33,920 nt of DNA. It comes from Tubiluchus corallicola. Its lineage: Eukaryota > Animalia > Priapulida. Shown in pieces: positions 20,384-30,694 of the stretch. The stretch is taken from contig JAQGDQ010001581.1 in the NCBI GenBank assembly GCA_030141605.1, forward strand, positions 1 to 33,920, in the 5' to 3' direction. Within the stretch, counting starts at the first letter, position 1. Each line of letters opens with the position of its first letter. Under the pieces are notes generated by a model that made no database searches, was not told the origin of the DNA, and was given only the letters and a program-made list of their open reading frames with translations. Made by a program: the position numbers and the translations under genes.

Positions 20384-23300
20384 TTGTTGTTGTTGATGAT
20401 GATGATGATGATGATATTGTTGTTGTTCATGATGATGATGATGATGATGTTGTTGTTGTTGTTGTTCATGATGATGATGCTGTTGTTGTTACTGTTTTTG
20501 ATGGCGATGACGATGATGACGATGACGACGAAGATGATGATGATAGTGATGAAGAGGACGACGATGAAGATGATGATGATAATAATAACAATAATATTAA
20601 GCAGAGACTTAAGGTTATTTTAACAAGAGTTTAACAAAAATCATGCTTGTACATGTATAAAACACATAATTACATATCACAAGTTGATATTACATATTAC
20701 ATACATAAAACAAATAATTACATATCACATATTATATATCTACCTGTTTTGCACTATCCAAAATTTCCCGTCTTCAGCCGTCTCTCCTGCTCCAGTAACG
20801 GTAACCGCGTGATTTAAACCCCCAGGCCACGCCTCGTCAAACACACCTGTATAAAAACAACAACTAGCATAGTTAATTTAAATTTTTCAACTTACATATA
20901 CATCTTATATATAAATATATACACGTATATAAACGTTTATGAACATAAATCGACAAAAACACGAGCAATATGCCTACAAGTTTGAAATCTAAATTAGATT
21001 GGCGAACCAAATAACAAATGGCAGTTCTTCAAAATCTCAAACTCTGTTTTAACTTCGTTTTCATTTAAAACGAAAAATACAAATACGACAAAGCAATGGA
21101 TTTTGTAAATACAGTAGTCATTACTTGTCTTTTAAAAAAATTTGTTTACACGTGTATCTGTTGATTATTGTTTACCGCTCCCAGCCTGCAAGCGCCATCT
21201 ATCCACTAAAAATACAAACTCATACAAACTGTACCTACTGTCTATCCTGCAAAAAGATACAAAACATAGAAACAACAGTCGTATTATACGATAAACAATG
21301 TTGAATTTACAACTGTATTGCACGTAACACATGCAACATCGTTTCTTCTATATTACCACAACTGTCTCTCTTTTTGCAGTTTTTTTGCCGTAAACTCACC
21401 ACTTCTGTATGAACGAAAACTGCTGGTCACTTGAATTGCAACAACAACAGGTCCAGTTTGTAAAGCACGTAATATGCACGACTCGTCTCCTGCCAATCCA
21501 CTGTTTGCAAGAAAATTATAGTGAAATATTAATAATTTGAAACCAATTTATACATTGGTTTAGGATTTTATATGCAGTCAAGCATCTTGTGCTTGTGTAC
21601 AGTTTGCAGATTATAAAATTCTCCTGTTTCTCTATAAATATATCAACAATATTAATTCTCCTTTCAAAAACAATAAGCTCCCACTTCTTAAAAACCCCAG
21701 TATGAATAACAGAACACTAAATTTAAGAAACATTAGAACGAACAATCAATATGGAAAGAATTCCATTACTAAGCAAGCAATACAACTTTGGAATTCATTA
21801 CCGACATCACTAAAACACAGCAGCTCTTGATCAATATTCAAGTCTAATTAAAAAAACACATTTAATGACTCGTTTTGAATATCCAACATACGAACACGAT
21901 GATACTTACTCAAACCATAATTTCATTTTTCCTAGACCTTACTAAACTAGTTTATATTTTATTTTTTGAATTTCTAGTTGCACTTATAGTTTAGCTTGCA
22001 CCAGACGCATTTGCCCAGAACAGTGTATGTTTTTTATATGAACTAACTCTGATTGTCTGTCTTTTATTATGATTCTCAATGTTTTAAAATGGCAAATAAA
22101 GATTTTACTACTACTACTTACATGCATATAGGCCAAAATTCATCAATTCTCCACGTTTTCTGTAAATATACTACAAAACCAAGGCAGAGTATGCTGCTTA
22201 TCGTACTGGAGATCAACTGAGCATTCTCCACCAGAAGGCGAATTCGAATCGAACCGAATTTAAGAACTTCGAACTCGAATCAAACCGAATTTCGAGATTT
22301 CGAATCCGAGTCGAATTCGAACTTGAAAACATTTTCGAATAAATTGCGAATCATTAATAAAAATGGCCTTACAATGATCATGTATTAGTCATATTCCATT
22401 TTTTTAATAATAATAATAATAACAACACTAATAATTTGTTTAAGAATTGCCTACAGAAATCTCAGCTAAACTGTTCTGATTGTAAGCTGATTGTAAACTT
22501 TCTAGCGGAAAAATGTTTGTAGTTGAGGCGCTGATTTACTCGAATCTAGAATTTTAGATTCCAATCGAATTCGAACTAAAAAAACTCGTTTGAATCGAAT
22601 TCGAACGACTTACAAAATACGCATATGGAACTTCCTGTCATACAGAATTTTCATGCTATGTGGGCAGTGCTGCATATTTTTAATTTTATGGAACTTTGAT
22701 TGTCAGTTTACGGAAGTCGTCACGCTGGGACTATAATGTAGTGGTACGAACTTTTTCTGTGTGACAATTTAGTGCAACTATAGTAAAACCTATGCCTGAA
22801 TAACAGTATGATATTACGAAAAACATGTTGGGGTTAACACCATCTTTGCACCAAGTACAAGATCACGTGATTAGAGTGATTATAATAAGTGGCACGCTAA
22901 TGCGCTATTTCCCTACTACATATTACCTAAAGTAACTATACGTTTAAATTTCAAATAGAACAACTGTTTTAAAGCATTTTTCTTGTTAGCAAAATTTTAA
23001 AACGGAAAATTAGCACCATTTTATAATTGATTTGCAAACAAAATTTAAGTGAGCAAACGCAGTTCTTTATATTGAGAGACAAACAAACACAGAATTGCTA
23101 AAAAGAAACATTGCCGATCAGAAAATCTGATTCCACATTCAAGTTACCAAAAAAAAATTAAATATCCAAAAAGAATGTTTACCAAAGACTCGATAGGCTC
23201 TTTTTTCGGACCGTACAATACGACACGATACGACACGACAAATTATTTCGAACGATAAAACGAAACTGAACGTATGGTTAGTTTTTGCATAAGGTGTTCC

Positions 23301-26300
23301 AGTGTCTCGTAGAGCAGTCGTATATGTATTATCAGTACTTTAATCTGATACCCCGAAAGGGGTGTATGAAGTTTAATAATAAATTTGTAATTCGCATCGT
23401 ATTGTAACAACGTAGTTTTGTAGGCGGTATCTGGATTAATATATACTGCACAGGTAATTTACGACAAAGTTCCCTTCTTTGTAGTCATAAATTATTAATA
23501 CATGTATGTGATATAGCACAGACACATAAATACATTACGTTTAGATCCATTAGTAGATAATATGTTCATTTATGTGAACTGCGATGTCTGCACGTAACCG
23601 CGAAAACACCAATAAAAATTTGGTTCCTGTTTTCTGTTTCGGCTTATGACGATTCTGGTTTATTTCTGTTGAAATTATTATACACTAGAAGAGCTAGAAA
23701 TGTACCTTCGTAAATAGTATTCGCCATTACAGTATCTGCATGTTCAAATCTATGGCGGTCGACTCACTCGCGGTAATGCAGTAAATGAGCTTTTTATGTA
23801 ATAATTTAAGGTATACGTGTTCACGTAACGATGTAGGTAAATGCTTATTCGTCTGAGTTGTCCACTGTCTATTTGATGCAAGGATAGCACACCCACTCAC
23901 CATGTGAATGTGGAGCCTCACGCATTGCACAACAATAAGCCACCCAATAAATGCTAGGGATATTAAAGGACAAAGACAAGCCATTTGTGAATTGTGTTTT
24001 ATTTGCAATGTCAGCAAGTCGTCAAAAACTTGCTGGGTGCACAAACAGTTTGTATACTTACTTTTTCTTGCATGTAGGGTCGTATCTGCTTGTGTACACC
24101 ACATCCCTACCAGGCGAATATACTGGCTCAACATTCATACATGTCCCGTCCTAAATATTTTTCATTGTTATTATAAACGCTCTCTTAGGTTACATGTTAG
24201 TTAGTAACCAGCTCTGTCGTTGCCTAACTATAGCTAAGCACACGTTTTAACTAAAGTCAGTTATTTTCCTCACCACAGATATACTTTATTCAACATGCAC
24301 GCGATGCAAGTTAGTTGAACAAACTTGAATATGACTTACGATTTGTTACTGCGCGTTCAGACTAGTGAGTTTTCAATCCAGAGTTTTCTCTCTGACAGCA
24401 AACTCGGAAGTGTGAACTGCTTTGTGAGTTACTGTCTCTGACAGCAAACTCGCAAGTGTGGTGAACTGCTTTGTGAGTTACTGTCTCTGACAGCAAACTC
24501 GCAAGTGTGAACTGCTTTGTGAGTTACTGTCTCTGACAGCAAACTCGCAAGTGTGAACTGCTTTGCGAGTTACTGTCTCTGACAGCAAACTCGCAAGTGT
24601 GAACTGCTTTGCGAGTTACTCTCTCTGACAGCAAACTCGCAAGTGTGAACTGCTTTGCGAGTTACTGTCTCTGACAGCAAACTCGCAAGTGTGAACTGCT
24701 TTGCGAGTTACTCTTTCTGACAGCAAACTCGCAAGTGTGAACTGCTTTGCGAGTTACTCTTTCTGACAGCAAACTCGCAAGTGTGAACTGCTTTGCGAGT
24801 TACTCTTTCTGACAGCAAACTCGCAAGTGTGAACTGCTTTGCGAGTTACTTCAACACTTCTCCCATTGAATAGAGAAAAGAGTGCATACTCGCGGTTACT
24901 GTCGGAGAGTAACTAGCAGCAAGTTCTGATCTGCTGTATGACCACGCTTGCGAGTTACTCCAACACTTCTCCAACACCACTTGAATAGAGAAAAGATTGC
25001 CAACACGCTGTTACTGTCGGAGAGTAACTAGCAGCAAGTTCTGATCTGCTGTATGACCACGCTTGCGAGTTACTTGGTACGATACTTGTGGAGTTTACCA
25101 GTTAGCAGTTTTATCGCCAAGATACAACATAAACTTTATGGTTTGCTAAATACAATTTTTTCGTCACATATTTCTGTTTATTACCTGGGTATTTCGAAGT
25201 TTTTTTATAATAAATTTAACTTAGTTACTTAAAAGCAACTAGGGCGAAGGTTTAGTTTTAATATATTTTTAGCATTGTGTTCCAATACCACAATACCTTT
25301 ACATATTTTAATGTAGGTAAAATATTACTCTAATATTACTCTAATGTTACTCTAATATTACTCTAATGTTACTCTAATATTACTCTAATAATACTCTAAT
25401 AATACTCTAATGTTACTCTAATATTTTACCATATGTTACTCTAATTTGCGAAACTTAGCATTAGCCAAGTAGCTACAGTAGCTATAACTTTTTTCACCAA
25501 CTTTCCAAACTTATAGTAGGGGCTATTATATAGCCTTATACTGTTATAATTTTTTACCTTTGCCGTATATGGATAGTCGTTATTCATAGTGATGTTATTG
25601 GCTCCAATATAGAAGTATGCGCAGTGTGGCCATCCACCATTACAGCCTTTATTATAACAACGAAAGCAGTGGAACTTATTTGGATCATATTCATCATATC
25701 GACCGCAATAATAGTGGTTTTCGGTGTTGCAGTCCACTAGATGTTGGTCGCTAAATTCTTGAGCAGACGGAAGATTATGCGCCAAGCAAAAACGTGTATT
25801 GAGAGCTGTGTTCTGAAATTAAAGTGAAGCAAACTTATAACCTCTCATACGAAACCACACATTAAGACTATAAAATACTAAAGTGTCCATCGTCTAGAAG
25901 CGAAAAAGACAGCAAGATTATCATATTGTTAATGGGTGATGAAACCAACAATTTTAGCAGCAGTCACAACTGACCATCACCCATTAACAATATGATAATA
26001 ATAATCTTTTATTAATCTTGCAACAACACACGCACAGTTATAATACAATTAATTTGGAAACAAAAATGTGAAGAAAGGGCAGCGAAAGACCAATTGGTCA
26101 TCTAGTCAGCTGCCCTTTGGTTAGTGATGAATATTTTTATAGGCGCTATGCTACAGTGTATTAGTGTTAGTACTGCCTATAATAAAAATTTAATTGTTAC
26201 GAATGACATTAAATTGATATGCTTATAACGTGTTAGTACAATTCATACACAGTAATAATAAGTGCATAATAAAAAAATCAAACTGAAAATAACTGAAATA

Positions 26301-29300
26301 AAACTGAACTGAAATAAGAACTGAAACAAGAACTGAAATAAAAATCTGACAACAGAAACATAATAACAATGGCAACTGAAATATACTTTATAACACAAGC
26401 ATAATTCTTAGACATAAGCAAGCGAATGTATAATGAAGTCATAATATATCATAATAATGTAAAAAAATACAGAGCGATTTTTGATGATCTGAGGTAAAAT
26501 AAATCTTGTTGTCTTTCTTGCTCACGAGAAGCCAGATGCTAGAAGCTCTTCCTATATTTGAGCGTCAGGCGTCCAGCATCCAGGGTCTGTTCTTCAACCA
26601 GCCTATGACGACCGGGACCTACAGATTATTATCGAATAAATAACGTAACAAGATGAAAGCATTGCAAAATAAGTTTGATACCGTCCATCTTGGTTTTCTG
26701 CGAAGGGATTAGATGGCAATCAGTTTAACATGAACAGTATAATGATGCAATACGTCTACTTACCGCTGCGAACGCCCAGCAACTGCCACATGGACCCTAC
26801 AATTTAAAAGAGACGAAAACCGAATCGCAAAGATTCAATACTGACTATACTAGTAATGTTGATGATAACTATGACGATATATATTATGATGACAATCACG
26901 ACAACAGCTCAGCAGTAGCAACAGCATCAACATTATCATCATCATCCTCATCATCACCATCATCACCACCATCATCATTATGATCATCATCATCAACAAC
27001 AACAGTAACAACAATAACAACGCTGTTTGTACAATGATCGATATTTATACAATTTGTGATGTCATTTCCTTCTGAAATCCTTAATTTTCCACTTAAGGAA
27101 ATTCTCCCTTCTCAAGCTAAGAACTCCCTTGCTAAATTTGTTGGATATTTTGAATAAAACATATCACAGCAGCATTGTTAGTGAGCAAACCTGCAAACCA
27201 AAACAGAACAACATTTCATCAGCATCAACAAGACATGTATGATGTGCATTGCTGGTTAGCATAAAATATCGATTTTCCCCAGACGGGTCTAAACTGTAAC
27301 GTTTTAGTTCATGGTGAAAGTCTCGCAATGTCTCGACTAGGTATTGCAGTCTAGTTAATTAATTCTTTCAAGCAGGAAAGCAAGCATAAGGCCAAGTAAA
27401 TAGAACTTTGTGTGGAATGGTGTGGAAAGTTTCTTTGGGACTGTGAAAGTCATGTTTGAAGTTGTTGATCACTCACTTTGTTATGATTGAGTTTAGGCAC
27501 AGAAGTATGAACAAGAGTAAAAAAAATCTATAATACATATTTGCACTGCACACAAGAGAAAAAGTGTTTATTAGAACTACAGACAACATGAGTATCATGA
27601 CTGCTGCACTGAACACTGAGAGTGAGAGTGACTAGAAAGCAAACCAGTCAGTATATATAGGTATAGGTGACCTATGCAGACTTGCACAGGCTTCACAACA
27701 ACCATTACTTTTAAATAGGCAGAGAACCAGTGAATATGCATCCACTGGACCATACAATTATACTGAGGGTAAGTCAGAGGGTAGAATGTAATAGGATTAG
27801 CCCATAGATGGCAGCACCTAATTATAATGTACAATTCCAACTTCCACAGGGACATATATTATAATTGCCCTTTCTTCCACCTTACATTACCGATTTTCTA
27901 TTTGCTAGTATTCGCTTACCTGGTTGCGAACAGGTGACATGCATTTATCATTTGTCCAGTCAACATCAGAATAGCCAGTTGTCATCTGAAGGTCTACATT
28001 CGTGAAAGTTTCTGAAGGTACTAGAGATTCTAGATCAGATGGGGGTACAAGGCCTGTGCTTGATTCAATGACTTCTGCGATTGTCTGTTTAAAATTAGAC
28101 TCGTCAGCAATGGAAAGCATAAAAACTCTAAATTTCAATCACTTGCAGCATTTAAATGATAAAAAATGTATCAGTAAATAAATAATCAGTAAATAATAGC
28201 GAAATAAACACCGTGAATATTAGAGATGCTTAATTGTGACACACTTTCAAATCATAAAAGAAATAATGATATAAAAACTTGCCGATACCAGACCATTCTA
28301 CATCTGTAGAACCCAAAGGCGAGACACAGCAAATATTTTTCTACTCACAGATACGAACTAATTGGTTACAAATTGCAAAAGTGTAATTGTAATTTATATT
28401 TTCCACAATGTAACATCCATAGACGTCTGTATCAATATTAAAATTTAAAGCCTCTTATTTTTCAATATTGTATTAATATCTCTAATAAGTAATAACTATT
28501 AACCTTAACTCTAAGGATAAATGGACTATCGAAAAAAATAAACAAAAATTGTTCTTGCAATTAAAATTGAGTTTAACTTTGGTTATTAAAAAGTCAATTA
28601 TATTTTGAAAGTATTAATTACAGTTTTTATACATTACAAACAACTGATAAATGCAGGACATTAAGCTTAGTCCCACCCTTCTTTATTACGGATTTGTGAT
28701 AACTTACATAACACATGATCACCATATTTACCTGTGGTGTAGCAGACTATTATACAATACTTTGGTTGCTGCTGTTAATTACATTTATTTGCATAGCTCT
28801 TATATCTAATCGGGCTGGGCAACTGCTTGTAGTGCGTTACATTTTATGAAATGTTCTTGTTTGTATGTGGCTTTTATATACAAGCGGATTCAATAATTGG
28901 TTGTGGTGTATTACAAAAAAACGCACTTTACAGTGAATACGTATAAAAGAATACGCATTTTCCGATGAGAATGAAAATTGTTAACACTGGTCCCGTAAAA
29001 TCTGGCGCCCCGCAAAATTTGGCGCCTTGGGCTGCAGCCTAGTTAACCTATTGTTAAATACGCCACAGCTAATGACAGACAAATTAGCAAGTTCAACACT
29101 GGGTAGATTTCAAGTTTTAAAACACTGACCTTGTCGCTAAATGCGTTTACTCCTTGCTTGTAAGTTGTCTTTCCCTCCTCGTACATCCTGTTATGATCAC
29201 GTATTTGTGCTACATTGTGGTCGAATATGTTATGTCTTCTTTGTTCTTCGAAATTTCTTGCGTCATAACGTTTGTCTGCACATTAAAATTTTGATTTATG

Positions 29301-30636
29301 ACTTATTTATTAAAAACATTTATATTATATTATAAATTATGAGACTAACAAGCTATGTTAGCTCTTAGGTCAGCCTATATTGTGCAGTGGTAAATGCAAT
29401 TTAATACATCGGTTTACATTGGATAAAATTCACATCACTTACATTAAAAATATGATAAAACAAAAAAATCAATAAAAAATGTCAATATATACAGAAAACA
29501 AAAAAATTGTTGAAAAATTGATAAAATAAGAATGGATAAGATGGACTTTATTCCAAGTAAAAACCCATATCAACACACATATGCAACAAAAACTGCTACT
29601 TAACTATGTGCAATATGCACCACTATGTCATACATGCATAAAATACTACTATAATGAAATTATTTTGCAGACTAAAATGAATTGCCAAAATGTACGTACA
29701 ACGCTGATTTATAATGATAAAATTTAAATAAGTAGCTACAATTACTGTTAAAATTTCATTCATCAAACTCTTGACGTTAAAATGCCGCACTTTTAGACAG
29801 TTAATATTTTTCCGGTAAATAACGTAAGAATAGGGTGCCTTGAAGTCAAGAGGTGCTTTATTTTTACAGAGGTAACGGAAATACCACTAACGTTGCTTCC
29901 ATCAATTCCAAATAACAAAGAAAGCGGAAAATGAGAGAGATTCGAGGACAAGATAATGGAGGACTAACAAGTGAGCGAGAAACGAGGTGAAAATGTGGTT
30001 TTGGTGGAGCGATTAATATGGCAGAACAGCAACAATTATTTGAAAGCCGTGTTTAAGTTTTAGAGAAAAAAATCGCCAAAATATTTCACCTAATTGAGCT
30101 GAACACCACTAACTGAAAATCATTCATAGTATAAAAATAAAGCAAGTATAATGCGTATCTTACACTCCTTTTTCAACAATCTGTTAGTGCAAGTCTGGAG
30201 TTAAAAAGTCCGGTTTTGACCAGCGTTTTTCACGCTTCGATTATCGCCGTGTGAAAATGAATGTCGCCTCTATGACTCGTTCAATCGTATACCTAGCGAG
30301 AAAAGAGCTGTACCGTGTAAGAGCTCTTTCCCGCTACAGACGAGACGAATCGCCGTCGTTTTCAGAAGTGATTGTTCACGTGATGATGTTTTTATTGGCG
30401 CTGGCGGGTTTGCAAGACAATAATACGTTTTTGCAGCGATATCGACAACATACATTGGGATCGCTCTGAGAAAATCGCTAATCAAAACATTAGAACTGTG
30501 AGTTGAGTGAATGTATCAGTGGAATAAACTTACGGTACATGGCTTTGAACTCCTCCCAAGTCGGAATATCATCGTCTGCTGACACTTCTGATATGACAAC
30601 AACGACAAGGAGAAAGAGTGCTGCAGAAAACTTCAT
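20073..30636 (-). CDS. Papain-family (C1A) cathepsin L-like cysteine protease preproenzyme, 368 aa; complement(join(20073..20184,20744..20846,21400..21500,24062..24150,25558..25812,26764..26796,27920..28084,29130..29275,30534..30636))
   Basis: Nine GT-AG exons sum to 1107 nt in one open frame: signal peptide MKFSAALFLLVVVVISEVSA, I29 propeptide with ERFNIN and GVNAFSD, NQGPCGSCWAF, GCNGGW, YPY, GPV, LNHAV, WIVQNSWGSGWGDNGY, TGA stop. Confidence 0.93.
20270..20597. repeat. Compound (GAT)n/(TTG)n trinucleotide microsatellite in the last cathepsin intron
   Basis: Direct inspection; explains the poly-M and poly-I ORFs. Confidence 0.95.
20744..20846 (-). CDS. Cathepsin exon 8 (GVFDEAWPGGLNHAVTVTGAGETAEDGKFWIVQNS), catalytic His and Asn
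   Basis: tacAG acceptor, AG|GTAGAT donor, NHAV and QNS motifs. Confidence 0.93.
21400..21500 (-). CDS. Cathepsin exon 7 (GLAGDESCILRALQTGPVVVAIQVTSSFRSYRSG)
   Basis: aacAG acceptor, G|GTGAGT donor; GDE..GPV..AI..F..Y..G pattern. Confidence 0.92.
21660..22118 (+). mobile_element. Decayed 3' fragment of a CR1/L2-group-like LINE
   Basis: Translates as IRTNNQYGKNSITKQAIQLWNSLPTSLKHSSS*SIFKSN*K (ORF2 C-terminal LWNxLP...FK pattern with stops); ends in AATAAA plus a (CTA)n tail. 5' boundary approximate. Confidence 0.7.
22214..22608. mobile_element. Second, inverted copy of the TTCGAA-rich element, without the MITE insertion
   Basis: Reverse complement aligns by eye to ~13780-14615 (gcattctccaccagaaggcgaattcgaatc vs acattctctatcagaaggcgaatttgaatc). 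Confidence 0.7.
24062..24150 (-). CDS. Cathepsin exon 6 (DGTCMNVEPVYSPGRDVVYTSRYDPTCKK)
   Basis: tttAG acceptor, AA|GTAAGT donor; DGTC follows YPYTAK; phases 0 and 2 bridge the neighbouring exons exactly. Confidence 0.88.
24387..24850. repeat. 46-bp palindromic minisatellite (aaactcgcaagtgtgaactgctttgcgagttactgtctctgacagc), ~10 copies
   Basis: Period 46; aactcgcaa/ttgcgagtt inverted pair in each unit. Confidence 0.94.
24839..25074. repeat. Imperfect tandem duplication of ~110-115 bp contiguous with the 46-bp array
   Basis: ttgcgagttact recurs at 24839, 24948 and 25063 with shared intervening sequence. Confidence 0.85.
25322..25445. repeat. 11-bp tandem repeat (tactctaatrt)
   Basis: Direct inspection, ~10 copies. 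Confidence 0.9.
25558..25812 (-). CDS. Cathepsin exon 5 (NTALNTRFCLAH...SDQHLVDC...GCNGGWP...YPYTAK)
   Basis: 255 nt, phase 0-0; overlaps track ORF 25441..25785; tttcAG acceptor and AAG|GTAAAA donor. Confidence 0.94.
25917..25999. repeat. Perfect 25-bp inverted repeat with a 33-nt spacer
   Basis: attatcatattgttaatgggtgatg (25917-25941) / catcacccattaacaatatgataat (25975-25999). Confidence 0.9.
26764..26796 (-). CDS. Cathepsin exon 4, 33-nt micro-exon (GPCGSCWAFAA) with the catalytic Cys
   Basis: ttgtAG acceptor, GCG|GTAAGT donor; canonical C1A active-site motif. Confidence 0.95.
26930..27021. repeat. (CAT)n/(CAA)n degenerate microsatellite
   Basis: Direct inspection. Confidence 0.85.
27920..28084 (-). 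CDS. Cathepsin exon 3 (TIAEVIESSTGL...VDWTNDKCMSPVRNQ), propeptide end and mature N-terminus
   Basis: 165 nt, phase 0-0; VDW...PVRNQ motif; within track ORF 27905..28138. Confidence 0.92.
28732..29068. mobile_element. Possible old non-autonomous TIR element
   Basis: Termini ctgtggtgta / tacgccacag (9/10 inverted match), GC-rich subterminal ggcgcc motifs; TSD only 5/8. Confidence 0.4.
29130..29275 (-). CDS. Cathepsin exon 2, I29 inhibitor prodomain (HKRYDARNFEEQRRHNIFDHNVAQIRDHN...GVNAFSDK)
   Basis: Exact E-x3-R-x3-F-x2-N-x3-I-x3-N spacing and GxNxFxD; canonical splice sites. Confidence 0.94.
30534..30636 (-). CDS. Cathepsin exon 1 (MKFSAALFLLVVVVISEVSADDDIPTWEEFKAMY), signal peptide
   Basis: ATG at 30636-30634, hydrophobic core and VSA cleavage-like site, WxxFKxxY motif, C|GTAAGT donor. 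Confidence 0.92.
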
Positions 30637-30686
30637 TCTGAATAATTCTAGTAGATGGCACTAACAGTTAATCCACATTAGAGTAC

Positions 30687-30694
30687 CTATATAA
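30687..30694 (-). promoter_or_regulatory. Possible TATA box of the cathepsin gene
   Basis: TTATATAG on the minus strand ~50-58 bp upstream of the ATG; weak evidence in AT-rich DNA. Confidence 0.3.

Noticed and set aside
20203-20623. Poly-Met and poly-Ile ORFs
   Set aside because: Trinucleotide microsatellite inside a cathepsin intron.
23727-24204. Three overlapping track ORFs
   Set aside because: None matches a known motif; the true coding part is the 89-nt cathepsin exon in a different minus-strand frame.
26495-26624. Possible SINE fragment (ccgggacctacag motif)
   Set aside because: No tRNA-derived A/B boxes or TSD visible; resemblance too short.
30164-30485. GC-richer intronic stretch with two ~72-aa ORFs and an aaagagct/agctcttt inverted pair
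   Set aside because: Probably a DNA-transposon remnant, but termini could not be defined and the ORFs have no recognisable motif.
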